Origin: an uncultured Thermoleophilia bacterium
Lineage (GTDB): Bacteria; Actinomycetota; Thermoleophilia; Gaiellales; Gaiellaceae
Length of the DNA: 64,000 bases
Direction of reading: 5' to 3'
Assembly (NCBI GenBank): GCA_963846895.1
Contig: CAWJXR010000002.1
Coordinates: forward strand, 11,889 to 75,888
Every line of letters starts with the position of its first letter. The first letter of the stretch is position 1. Positions 8,428 through 17,199 of this stretch are shown in pieces. Below the pieces are notes generated by a model. The model worked only from the letters and a program-made list of their open reading frames with translations. It did not search any database and had not been told where the DNA came from. The translations under genes and the position numbers were made by a program.

Positions 8428-9675
8428 CCGCACGGCGAACGTCGTCCCCGCCGGGCTGCTCTCCACGCTGACGCTGCCGCCCATCGCCACGGCGAGCTGC
8501 CGCACGATCGCGAGCCCGAGGCCGCTGCCGACCGGGCGGTCCCTGCCGACCTTGTCGTAGAGATAGAAGCGTTCGAACGCGTGCTGCAGATCCTCGGAGG
8601 CGATGCCCGGGCCCGTGTCGGAGACGCTGAGCAGACCGGGTGCGACCGCGACGGTGACGCGACCGCCGGCCGGCGTCTCGCGGAGCGCGTTCTCGACGAG
8701 GTTCGACGCGATCTGCAGCAAGCGGTCCGGGTCGCCCTCGACCCACGTCTCGCCCCCGGTTGCGTCGAGCGTCACCTCGAAGCGCCGCGCTGCGGGCTCG
8801 TACCTGTGCACCGCCTCGCGCGCGACCCCTGCGAGATCGACGTCCTGACCGTGCACGGAGAACTCCGAGCGGTTCATGCGGGCCAGGTCGAGCAGGTCGC
8901 GCACGAGCCGTTCGAGCCGCCCTGCCTCGAGGGCGATCACGCGAGCCGCCTCGTCAGGCTCGAACGCGCCGTCCGCGAGTCCCTCGGCATAGCCGCGGAT
9001 CGCAGTCAACGGCGTCTTCAGCTCGTGGCTGACGGAGAGCAGGAAGTTGCGCTCGGCCTCGCGCGAGGCCGACAACTGCTCGGCCATCTCGTTGAACGCC
9101 TGCGCAAGTGAAGCGACCTCCCGGGTCCCGACCTGCGGCAGCGGCTCGTGCCGCTCGTCGGTCCCGAACGCCCGGGTGGCCGCCGCGACGCGGCGGATCG
9201 GGCGCGTGATCGACCGGGCGATCAGGAATGACAGCGCGGCGGCCAGCGCGGCGCCCGCGAGCGCGGCAAACAGCAGGTCGCGCAGGAAGGGCTTCCACTC
9301 GGCCGAGCGCACGCTCGCGGGGCGAAGGAGCAGCAGTCCGCGCGACGGAATGGTGCGGTACGAGTAGAGGTAGCTCACGCCGTCGTAGGTCGTCTTGCCG
9401 TCGCTCCCCTTGTTGACGTTCGGCACGTACGGCCGCAGAAGCGAGCGGGGCTGGACGATGATGCGGACGTTGCCCGAGAGCCGGTTCAGGTTGATGTAGT
9501 TCGGGCTGCGCCGCCGCTGCAGCGCGAGATCGTCGGCGCGCTGCGCGAGCGCGGTCACCTGCGTGCGGTCGACCTGCCGGCGCGTGAGCACGGCGCCGAT
9601 GGCGATCGTGAGCGCGAGGGTCAGGCCGAGCGCGGCGAGTGTCGCCGCGAACAGCCGCCCGCGCAGGCTGCTCAC
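8368..9675 (-). CDS. two-component sensor histidine kinase (HAMP-HisKA-HATPase)
   Basis: H-box SVSHELKTPLTAIRGYAE and G-box GSGLGLAIVRQLAVAMGG. N-terminal TM plus periplasmic loop plus HAMP. Confidence 0.85.
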   Translation of the reverse strand: MSSLRGRLFAATLAALGLTLALTIAIGAVLTRRQVDRTQVTALAQRADDLALQRRRSPNYINLNRLSGNVRIIVQPRSLLRPYVPNVNKGSDGKTTYDGVSYLYSYRTIPSRGLLLLRPASVRSAEWKPFLRDLLFAALAGAALAAALSFLIARSITRPIRRVAAATRAFGTDERHEPLPQVGTREVASLAQAFNEMAEQLSASREAERNFLLSVSHELKTPLTAIRGYAEGLADGAFEPDEAARVIALEAGRLERLVRDLLDLARMNRSEFSVHGQDVDLAGVAREAVHRYEPAARRFEVTLDATGGETWVEGDPDRLLQIASNLVENALRETPAGGRVTVAVAPGLLSVSDTGPGIASEDLQHAFERFYLYDKVGRDRPVGSGLGLAIVRQLAVAMGGSVSVESSPAGTTFAVRLRPQLRGVHDLEVGTVQRA

Positions 9676-10349
9676 TGCGCGACGGCCTTGTAGCCCGACC
9701 CGCGCAGCGTGCGGATCAGATCCGGCCGCCCGAGCTTGCGCCGCAACTGTGCGACGTGAACGTCAACCGTGCGTGTGCCGCCCGGGTACTCGAGGCCCCA
9801 GACCCGATCGAGCAACAGGTCGCGCGAGAGGAGCATGCCGGTGTTCGCGAGGAAGTATGCGAGCAGGTCGAACTCCTTCGCGGTCAGCTCGACGGGCTTC
9901 CCCGCGACGGTCACGTCGTGCGACTCGCGATCGAGGACGACGTCGCCGAGCGTCAGGATGTCCCGCCGGTCGTGCGGCTCACTCCGCCGCAGCACCGCCT
10001 TCATCCGGGCGACGAGCTCGCGCGGCGAGAATGGCTTCGTGATGTAGTCGTCGGCGCCCACCTCGAGCCCCACGATGCGGTCGGGCTCCTCATCGCGGGC
10101 GGTCAGCATCAGGATCGGGACGTCGGAGCGCGCGCGGAGCGCGCGGCAGATGTCGAACCCGTCCTTACCCGGCAGCCCGATGTCGAGCAGCACGAGCCGA
10201 ACCGGGTGACGATCGATCTCGACGAGGGCGTCCTCGCCGCTGCGCACCCAGATCACGCGATACCCGTCACGCGACAGGTACCCGCGCACGAGCTCGCCAA
10301 CCGACGGCTCATCCTCGACGAGGAGCACAGTCCCGGCCATGCTGCTCAA
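9672..10349 (-). CDS. OmpR/PhoB-family response regulator
   Basis: Receiver domain (VLLVEDEP, LLDIGLPGKDG) plus a winged-helix output domain (VHVAQLRRKLG...TLRGSGYKA). It overlaps the kinase start. An alternative ATG start is at 10340. Confidence 0.9.
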   Translation of the reverse strand: MSSMAGTVLLVEDEPSVGELVRGYLSRDGYRVIWVRSGEDALVEIDRHPVRLVLLDIGLPGKDGFDICRALRARSDVPILMLTARDEEPDRIVGLEVGADDYITKPFSPRELVARMKAVLRRSEPHDRRDILTLGDVVLDRESHDVTVAGKPVELTAKEFDLLAYFLANTGMLLSRDLLLDRVWGLEYPGGTRTVDVHVAQLRRKLGRPDLIRTLRGSGYKAVAQ

Positions 10350-10367
10350 GGCTACTCCGGGGTGAGG

Positions 10368-10742
10368 CTAGCGCTGCACACGGATGCGCACCGCCGGGCC
10401 TCCGTCGATCCGCATCGTCATCGCATTCATGCCACGTTTGAGCTGGAAGATCGTCGCCGGAGTGTTGTAGATGCGAACGATCGCGAACGACGTCAGCGGA
10501 ATCACGAAGACGCTTCCGTCGCTCTCGCGCAGCGTCAGCTGCGTGGCCGAGACCTGGGTGATGCGACCGCGGTCGAGCGTGACGGTATGCGGCTTGCGGT
10601 TGATCTTGACGTTGATGTCCGCGTGCGACCACGTTCCCTCGAGATGCGGGAACGGAGGCACGGAGCCCCGCGTGGCCGCAGTGCTCGTCGCACTGGTGGC
10701 CAGCATCGCGAGCAGTCCGACCAGCACGACGAGCTTCCGCAT
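10368..10742 (-). CDS. small secreted hypothetical protein
   Basis: ORF 10368..11018 trimmed to ATG 10742 (MRKLVVLVGLLAMLATSATSTAA signal peptide). Confidence 0.45.
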   Translation of the reverse strand: MRKLVVLVGLLAMLATSATSTAATRGSVPPFPHLEGTWSHADINVKINRKPHTVTLDRGRITQVSATQLTLRESDGSVFVIPLTSFAIVRIYNTPATIFQLKRGMNAMTMRIDGGPAVRIRVQR

Positions 10743-10805
10743 GGACACACTCTTTCTGTTCGCGGTCATTCGCGGGTGCAGCTTCCGTAAATCGCACGTA
10801 AAACG

Positions 10806-10831
10806 AGAGCCGCCGGTTTTCACCGGCGGCT
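10806..10831 (-). terminator. intrinsic terminator after the metal ABC transporter operon
   Basis: GAGCCGCCGG-tgaaaa-CCGGCGGCTC on the minus strand, followed by TCGTTTTAC. Confidence 0.55.
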
Positions 10832-11051
10832 CTGTTCTCTGCTGCACTCGAGTCCCTCGCGCTTCGGTCGGTGGGTCAGTTGGCACCTGCCCGACCTCAC
10901 CCGTCAATGTGCCTTCGACCTGCGCTCTCGACTCCAATATTGCGTTCCTTCCGGACGACGTTTCGCGCCCGGCTCCGTCTCTCCTGCAGATCCTCCGCCT
11001 CCGCGAGCAGGCAGACAATGGGCCGTTCGGCCTACGCGCGCTCGGGCAACG

Positions 11052-11846
11052 TCACGATCTGACCGCCGAAGCGGCCGACGCCAGGAGGAAGAGACCGGTT
11101 CCGGTCAGGACGATCGTGCCCCCGGGCGGCAGGTCGCCGTAGTACGAGACCGTCAGGCCGATGAGGACTGAGGCGAGGCCGAAGGCGATCGACAGCGCGA
11201 TCGTCGAGCGCAGGCTCCACGCGACGCGCTGGGCGGCGACGACCGGCAGCACCATCAGCGCGGCGATCAGGAGGATGCCGACGATCCGCATCGAGACGCC
11301 GATCGTCAGCGCCGCGAGCATCGACACGACGGCGTTGAGGACCGAGACGGGAAGCCCCGCGACGCGCGCGCCCTCCTCGTCGAGTGCGACCGCGATCAGC
11401 GCGCGCATCAATACGGCGACGATCAGCAGCGCGCCGAGCCCCAGCACGGCGATCACGACGAGGTCGCTGCGCGACACGGTGAGGATCGAGCCGAACAGGT
11501 AGGCGAACAGGTTCGCGTTCAACGCGCCCGCGGCAGAGATGAGCACGACGCCGGCGGCGATCCCCGTGTAGAAGACGATCGCCAGCGCCTGGTCGCCCGC
11601 GGTCTGCCTGCGTGCTCTCAGCCACTCGATTCCGGCGGCTCCGACGATCGCCGCGACGAGCGCCGTCCACACCGGCGAGACGCCGAGGAGATACCCCGCG
11701 GCGACGCCTGCGAACGCCACGTGCCCGATGCCGTCGCCGATCAGGCTCAGCTCGCGCTGCACGAGGAAGAAGCCGACCGTCGGAGCGAGCACGCCGACGA
11801 TCGCCCCCGCAGCGAACGCGAGCCGCATGAACTCGAGGTCAAGCAT
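11052..11846 (-). CDS. metal (Zn/Mn) ABC transporter permease, ABC-3 family
   Basis: ORF trimmed to ATG 11846. The sequence is typical of ZnuB/MntB-like proteins (LIGDGIGHVAFAG...DQALAIVFY) with about 8 TM segments. Confidence 0.8.
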   Translation of the reverse strand: MLDLEFMRLAFAAGAIVGVLAPTVGFFLVQRELSLIGDGIGHVAFAGVAAGYLLGVSPVWTALVAAIVGAAGIEWLRARRQTAGDQALAIVFYTGIAAGVVLISAAGALNANLFAYLFGSILTVSRSDLVVIAVLGLGALLIVAVLMRALIAVALDEEGARVAGLPVSVLNAVVSMLAALTIGVSMRIVGILLIAALMVLPVVAAQRVAWSLRSTIALSIAFGLASVLIGLTVSYYGDLPPGGTIVLTGTGLFLLASAASAVRS

Positions 11847-12555
11847 GAACGTGCGAGGGGTCGTGCCACATGCCGGGCAGTTGCGAGGGGTCGCCGTCGA
11901 AGACGACTCGCTCGCGCACCAGTACGAGCCGGCGCACGAACCGCTCGACGGCGCCGAACTCGTGCGACACATAGAGGATCGTCACGCCGAGCTCGCTGTG
12001 CAGCCGGTCGAGCAGCTCGGCGAGCGCGTCCTGCGCCTCGACGTCGACCCCGGTCGTCGGCTCGTCGAGCACGAGCAGCCGGGGTCCGGCTGCCAGTGCC
12101 TTGGCGATGAACGCTCGTTGCTGCTGGCCTCCGGAGAGGCGGTTCACCGGACGCCTGGCGAGCTCCGTCAGCCCGACGCGCTCGAGCGCCGAGTCGACGG
12201 CCTCACGGTCGGCACGCTGCAGCCGGCCGGTGAGACGGAGCGGCGCGCGCCCTGCCTCGACGACCTCCCGTACCGTCGCAGGAGCGTGCACCCCCACTCT
12301 CGAGCGCTGGGCCAGGTAGCCGATGCTCCTGCGGTCGGAGAACGTCCGCGCCGGCTCGCCGAAGAGCGTCACCTCACCGCTCGCAGGACGCTCGAGGCCG
12401 AGGGCGAGCCGTAGCAGCGTCGTCTTGCCGCCGCCGTTCGGGCCCGCGATCGCCACGAACTCCCCGGGCTCGACCCGAAGCGAGACGTCCGCGAGCACGC
12501 GCGGGCCCTGGGCGTACGAGAAGTCGACGTGCTCGAGCTCGACGGCTAGCGGCAT
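11839..12555 (-). CDS. metal ABC transporter ATP-binding protein
   Basis: ORF trimmed to ATG 12555. Walker A GPNGGGKTT, signature LSGGQQQR and Walker B LLVLDEP. Confidence 0.85.
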   Translation of the reverse strand: MPLAVELEHVDFSYAQGPRVLADVSLRVEPGEFVAIAGPNGGGKTTLLRLALGLERPASGEVTLFGEPARTFSDRRSIGYLAQRSRVGVHAPATVREVVEAGRAPLRLTGRLQRADREAVDSALERVGLTELARRPVNRLSGGQQQRAFIAKALAAGPRLLVLDEPTTGVDVEAQDALAELLDRLHSELGVTILYVSHEFGAVERFVRRLVLVRERVVFDGDPSQLPGMWHDPSHVHA

Positions 12556-13391
12556 CGGAGCGTCGACCTCAGCGCGGCCAGGTTCTGCCGCATCAACGAG
12601 AGGTAGGTCGCGCCGGAGCGCGCCTCCGAGGGAGTGAGCCCCTCGATCGGATCGAGCACCGCCGTCCTGGCACCCGCCTCGCGCGCGACGGTCTCGGCCA
12701 GCTTCGGGCTGACGAGGCGCTCGAAGAAGACGGTCCCCGTGCCCGACCGGCGCACGAGCTGCGCAAGCGAGGCGAGCCGCCTGGCGCTGGGCTCGGCCTC
12801 GGGGTCGAGGCCTGTGATCGCAACCTGCTTCAGGCCGTAACGGGCGGCGAGATAGCCGAACGCCGCATGGCTCGTGACGAACGTCCGGCGGGCGCAATCG
12901 CGCAGCCCCCGCCGATAGGCGACGTCGAGGGCGGCCAGCCTGGCGTCCAACGCGTCGGCGGCCCGGGGGCGGCCGAGCGCGTCGCCGATCCGCCGGACGA
13001 TCCGGCCGAAGAGGATCGGGTCGAGCCAGACGTGCGGGTCCGATTTCCCTGCCTCCTCACCGGTGCCCGCACGCAGCTCGAGTCCCTGCAGCACGTCAAC
13101 GCGCCGTCCCTTGGCCCCGAGCACGGCCTGCTCGAGAGCCGGCTGGAACCCGTGCGAGAGGTACAGCACGAGCCGAGCCTGCTGGACAGCCGCAACGTCC
13201 TTCGGCGTCAGCTCGATGTCGTGCGGCTCCGCGCCGGAAGGCGTCAGATTGCGGACGTCGAGGCCCGGGCCGCCGACCGCCTGCGCCGCGAACGCGAGCG
13301 GATAGAAGGCGGCCACGACCTGCGAACGGTTCCCCGAGCCGCGGCAGCCCGCCAGGACGCCGGCGAGCGCAAATACGAGAACGATTCTCAT
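12546..13391 (-). CDS. metal ABC transporter substrate-binding lipoprotein (ZnuA/TroA family)
   Basis: Lipobox LAGC at the N-terminus. Metal-ligand contexts AEPHDIELTP and DPHVWLDP. Confidence 0.85.
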   Translation of the reverse strand: MRIVLVFALAGVLAGCRGSGNRSQVVAAFYPLAFAAQAVGGPGLDVRNLTPSGAEPHDIELTPKDVAAVQQARLVLYLSHGFQPALEQAVLGAKGRRVDVLQGLELRAGTGEEAGKSDPHVWLDPILFGRIVRRIGDALGRPRAADALDARLAALDVAYRRGLRDCARRTFVTSHAAFGYLAARYGLKQVAITGLDPEAEPSARRLASLAQLVRRSGTGTVFFERLVSPKLAETVAREAGARTAVLDPIEGLTPSEARSGATYLSLMRQNLAALRSTLRCR

Positions 13392-13443
13392 CTTCGCCAG
13401 AGGCTAGCAGCGAACCGTCAGAAGGGTCGGCAATAATGAGCCC

Positions 13444-13914
13444 GTGGCCCGGACTCGCCCGGCACGCGGCCTCTTGGCCGTCTGCGTGCTCTCGCTTACC
13501 GTGATTGCCTTCGGCTGGGCGGCGGCACGCTCGAACGAGGCGACCGGTCCTGGGGTCGTGCGCCTGACGGATCTGCAGACCTCGATGAAGAACACCGGCG
13601 GAAGCGAGCTAGGCGTCGGCGACGTCCAGATCGCAGGGCTCCAGCTGTTCGGCGGCGCGGTGCGTTCGCGCCCGATCGGCAAGGGTGTCCTCATGTGCAT
13701 GTACGTCTCGAAGACGCTCCGCTCCTGCAACGGCTCCTACATCCTCCCGCGCGGGATGATCGAGACGAGCGGGCTGATCAACTCCCGGCTGCTCTACACG
13801 GCTGCGATCACAGGCGGTACGGGTCTGTACGACAACGCGCGTGGAACCCTGACCGTGACGGCCAAGGGGCTCAAGCCGCGGCGCGAGCTTCTGCTCTTCA
13901 GACTCTCGGGATGA
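13444..13914 (+). CDS. secreted hypothetical protein
   Basis: 156 aa with a signal-peptide/TM-like N-terminus. ATGA overlap with the downstream response regulator. Confidence 0.45.
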   Translation: MARTRPARGLLAVCVLSLTVIAFGWAAARSNEATGPGVVRLTDLQTSMKNTGGSELGVGDVQIAGLQLFGGAVRSRPIGKGVLMCMYVSKTLRSCNGSYILPRGMIETSGLINSRLLYTAAITGGTGLYDNARGTLTVTAKGLKPRRELLLFRLSG

Positions 13915-14297
13915 CCGTGGCCGCTCGGAAACTGCGGCCACTGATCTTGATCTGCGACGACGAACTGCCTTTGCGGGAGCTGATCAAAGCCGCCCTTGGC
14001 GACACCTACCGGTACGTCGAGGCCGGCGACGTCCGGGAGGCAGAGGACGCCCTCTCGTCCGAGGAGCCGGTCGCGATCGTCCTCGACGTGATGCTGCCCG
14101 GCAAGAGCGGCATCGACTTCCTGACCGACCTCCGCACCGCGAGCACGCCGTCGGAGATCCCGGTCGTGGTCGTCTCGGCGTGGCAGAGCCCCGACGACGA
14201 GCAGGCTGCGCTGACCGCCGGCGCCGACGCCTTCATCGGCAAGCCGTTCGACCCCGAGGATCTCGCGACGCTTATCGAAGGGCTCGTTGCTGCATAG
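13911..14297 (+). CDS. single-domain (CheY-like) response regulator
   Basis: ATG 13911. Receiver motifs: ILICDDE, LDVMLPGKSG, VVVVSA and FIGKPF. No output domain. Confidence 0.8.
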   Translation: MTVAARKLRPLILICDDELPLRELIKAALGDTYRYVEAGDVREAEDALSSEEPVAIVLDVMLPGKSGIDFLTDLRTASTPSEIPVVVVSAWQSPDDEQAALTAGADAFIGKPFDPEDLATLIEGLVAA

Positions 14298-15963
14298 CGT
14301 CGTCGGTCGGGTCACGGCCGTCACCGCGCTCGGTGCGGCCGCGATCGGCGCGACGCTGGCCCTGTTCTTCGCCGCGAACTCCAGCCTCAGCCGCGCGAAC
14401 CAGGACAACGCGCGGGCGGCCGCGATCAGTGCTGCGGCATTCGATCTGAGAGAGCACGTTCTCGATCTCGACACGGCATTTCAGGCGGTCGTGCAGGGCA
14501 GGGGGAGCCGCTTCCAGGCCCGCTGGCGAACCGCGAAGCGGACATGGAGGGCGCCTGCGGCGCAGCTCGAGCAGGCGGCCGCCGAGAACCAGGGGCTCGA
14601 GGCGGCAGCGCTCGCCCTCCGGGCACGGATCGAGGCCTACATCAACGACTACGGCGACCCGGTGATCGCGATCGCCCAGATCTCGCCTGCCGCTGCGCGC
14701 TCGACGACGGCCCTGACGGAGGGGACGATCAGGATCGGGACGATCCTGAAGAGCACCGACAACCTGTCGCGGCTGGCGGCCCAGGACGCCGCGCGCCGCA
14801 GCGTCGCCGCAAACCGCCTGGCGCACCGCGCGACCGTCGCCGGGCTGGCCGCGCTCGTCTTCGCACCGCTGCTCCTGATCGCGATCGCGATCTGGCTCGC
14901 CCGCTCGGTCGCGGCACCGCTCCGCCGGACGGTCGACGCGTCTTCGTCGGTCGCCGCAGGCGACTTCAGTGTCCGGCTCGACGAGCGCCGGCGCGACGAG
15001 TTCGGCGAGCTCGGGCGCGGATTCAATGCGATGACCGCGTCGCTCGCTGCGAGCCACGACGAGCTCGTCGAGCGGGCAGACAGCCTCGAACAGGCCGAGC
15101 GCCACAAGTCCGAGCTGATCAGCATGGTCTCGCACGAGGTGCGAACCCCGCTGGCGAGCATCCTCGGCTTCACGCGACTGCTCCTCGAACGCGACCTCGA
15201 CGAAACCGACCGCCGCCGCTACCTCGGAATCGTCGACGCCGAGGCAACCCGGCTCGCCGCACTGGTCAGCGACTTCCTCGACGCACGCTTGATCGAAGAA
15301 GGGCAGTTCGCGCTCCGGCCGGAGCTCTTCGACGTGCGCAGCCTCGTGCTCGAGCAGGCTGAGCTGGCGCTCGGCCACGACAACTCGCACGAGCTCGAGC
15401 TACAGCTGCACGAAACGCCGCTCTACGTGCAGGCCGACCGCTCGCGACTCACCCAGGTCGTTGCGAACGTGCTCTCCAACGCGGTCAAGTACTCGCCGAC
15501 AGGCGGCACGATCACCGTCGGCGCAACGCCCAACGCCGCGGGTGCGCGCATCTGGGTGGACGACGAGGGCACCGGCATCGCCCCCGAGCACCGCGAGCAG
15601 ATCTTCGAGCCGTTCTACCGCGGCGGCGCCCCGGCGGCCGGCATCCCGGGCACGGGGCTCGGGCTCGCCGTCTCGCGCCGGATCGTCGAGGCTCACGGCG
15701 GGACGATCGGGTTCGACTCGCTCGGCGACGGCACCCGGTTCTGGATCGAGCTGCCCGTCGAGCGGCCGGTCGACGCGCGAGTCGCCGGACGAGCAGCGCG
15801 TCACTTCGTAGCTCGCGAGTCAGGCGCCGATCAGACCGGCGAGAGTTTTATGGTGGGCAAACGCCGGCTCACGCCGGCCGAAGAGGGCGCGGCCTCCTCG
15901 AATCTCTCCCCTCCGGGGGGCCGCGCCCTCGTCTCCTATCGGCCCGTCGCAGGACCGCCTTGA
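14287..15963 (+). CDS. sensor histidine kinase (HAMP-HisKA-HATPase)
   Basis: H-box MVSHEVRTPLASILGF, N-box NVLSNAVKYSP and G-box GTGLGLAVSRRIVEAHGG. The last ~50 codons run through lower-GC hairpin-rich sequence, so the true stop may be earlier. Confidence 0.75.
   Translation: MLHSVVGRVTAVTALGAAAIGATLALFFAANSSLSRANQDNARAAAISAAAFDLREHVLDLDTAFQAVVQGRGSRFQARWRTAKRTWRAPAAQLEQAAAENQGLEAAALALRARIEAYINDYGDPVIAIAQISPAAARSTTALTEGTIRIGTILKSTDNLSRLAAQDAARRSVAANRLAHRATVAGLAALVFAPLLLIAIAIWLARSVAAPLRRTVDASSSVAAGDFSVRLDERRRDEFGELGRGFNAMTASLAASHDELVERADSLEQAERHKSELISMVSHEVRTPLASILGFTRLLLERDLDETDRRRYLGIVDAEATRLAALVSDFLDARLIEEGQFALRPELFDVRSLVLEQAELALGHDNSHELELQLHETPLYVQADRSRLTQVVANVLSNAVKYSPTGGTITVGATPNAAGARIWVDDEGTGIAPEHREQIFEPFYRGGAPAAGIPGTGLGLAVSRRIVEAHGGTIGFDSLGDGTRFWIELPVERPVDARVAGRAARHFVARESGADQTGESFMVGKRRLTPAEEGAASSNLSPPGGRALVSYRPVAGPP
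15863..15930 (+). terminator. two consecutive stem-loops in the nominal 3' tail of the kinase ORF
   Basis: GCCGGC-tcac-GCCGGC (15863-15878) and GAGGGCGCGGCC-24 nt-GGCCGCGCCCTC (15883-15930). Confidence 0.3.
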
Positions 15964-15990
15964 GGCAGCCGCTCGGTACGCTGGCTCTCG

Positions 15991-16416
15991 ATGGCGTGGG
16001 CCGACGATGCTGCGTTAGCCCTGAAGGGCGCGGGCTACCGGCCGGGTGCGGCCGGCCAGCTCGTCCTGCAGCACCTCGGGTCGCAGCAGTGCTGCCTCGG
16101 CGCGAAGGAGATCCACGACGACCTGCGCCGCGACGGGCGGACGGTCGGGCTGGCGAGCGTCTACCGGATGCTCGATGCGCTGTCGGAGCAGGCGCTCGTC
16201 CAGCGGGTCGACGTCGGGGACGGCGTCGTGCGGTACGAGCCGGCCCGGCGCGCAGACCATCATCACCACTTCGTCTGCGAGGACTGCGGGAAGGTCGAGC
16301 CGTTCTCGGACCGGAGCCTCGAGCGGGCGCTCGAGGCGGTCGAGGAGCGGAGCGGCTACTCGATCGCAGGCCACGAGGTGGTCATTCGGGGCGCCTGCTC
16401 CGATTGCCGCGGCTGA
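15991..16416 (+). CDS. Fur-family transcriptional regulator (Zur/Fur/PerR not distinguishable)
   Basis: 141 aa. Metal-site motifs HHHHFVCEDCGKV and CSDC. N-terminal winged-helix region. Confidence 0.85.
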   Translation: MAWADDAALALKGAGYRPGAAGQLVLQHLGSQQCCLGAKEIHDDLRRDGRTVGLASVYRMLDALSEQALVQRVDVGDGVVRYEPARRADHHHHFVCEDCGKVEPFSDRSLERALEAVEERSGYSIAGHEVVIRGACSDCRG

Positions 16417-16438
16417 GGGCAAGTGGTAGAAGTGCCCG

Positions 16439-16699
16439 ATGTCCGACGAGGGCAACCCCAGCCAACTCGACGACGAAGAGCTCGACCGGGTTCTCGCGGA
16501 GCTGGAGGCCGAGGAAGCGGAGGTCTCGCGCCTGCGTCGCAAGCTGCACGACCGGCTCGCGAGCTTCCCGAACGAGGTCGCGCAGCAGCAGGAACACGAC
16601 GTCTCGAAGAAGCGGCGCGAGCTGCACGTGCGAATCGACGCGCTCCGCGCCGAGCGGAGCAAGCGCCGCGATGAGCTCGCCGAGGGGCACGACGCGTGA
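16439..16699 (+). CDS. small coiled-coil protein with two RsiG-like E-x3-S-x2-R-x3-H-x3-(D/A) motifs
   Basis: 86 aa. Motifs are E-AEV-S-RL-R-RKL-H-DRL-A and E-HDV-S-KK-R-REL-H-VRI-D. It lies 22 bp after fur, and its stop overlaps the next start (GTGA). Confidence 0.5.
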   Translation: MSDEGNPSQLDDEELDRVLAELEAEEAEVSRLRRKLHDRLASFPNEVAQQQEHDVSKKRRELHVRIDALRAERSKRRDELAEGHDA

Positions 16700-17199
16700 C
16701 ACTCGTACGTGAGTACGATGCGAACATGGGCAGGGGGAGGAACGCGCCTTGGGTGGAGCGGCTGTTGACGCTCCTCCTCATTGCGGCCGCGCTCGCGCTC
16801 GTCGACCAGTACGTGAAGCTCGAGCTGCCGACGCCGATGTGGGCGCTGCACCATCGCTCGGAGATGTGGTTCATCGGCTCGTGCCTGCTCCTGCTGGCAG
16901 TGATGCCGTTGACGAGGCTGCCGTCGAACACCGTCACGGCCGGAGCCGGGATCTTCGCGGGCGGCGTGCTCGGAAACCTCGTCTCGGCGAGCGCGAACAA
17001 TCGCGAGATCCCGAACCCCCTCGTGATCGGCACTCATTCGGGCGTCGCATTCAATCTCGCCGACGCGTTCGTGCTGAGCGGCAACCTCATCCTCATGGCC
17101 AGCCTGATCGCGATCACGCTCCGCTACCGCGACCAACTCGGCCGTCACGCCGTGGCGGACGCGCTCAAGCGGACGATTCGGCAACGAGCCGAAGCCTGA
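16696..17199 (+). CDS. signal peptidase II (LspA)-like membrane protein, probably catalytically degenerate
   Basis: LspA-like motifs VDQYVK, GGVLGNLVSAS (versus GGALGNLFDRL in E. coli) and AFNLADAFV. Four TM segments. Confidence 0.5.
   Translation: MTLVREYDANMGRGRNAPWVERLLTLLLIAAALALVDQYVKLELPTPMWALHHRSEMWFIGSCLLLLAVMPLTRLPSNTVTAGAGIFAGGVLGNLVSASANNREIPNPLVIGTHSGVAFNLADAFVLSGNLILMASLIAITLRYRDQLGRHAVADALKRTIRQRAEA

Noticed and set aside
13392-13443. Zur/Fur box upstream of the metal ABC importer operon.
   Set aside because: No convincing AT-rich palindrome is visible in the 52-bp intergenic region, so I cannot link the Fur-family gene at 15991 to this operon from sequence alone.
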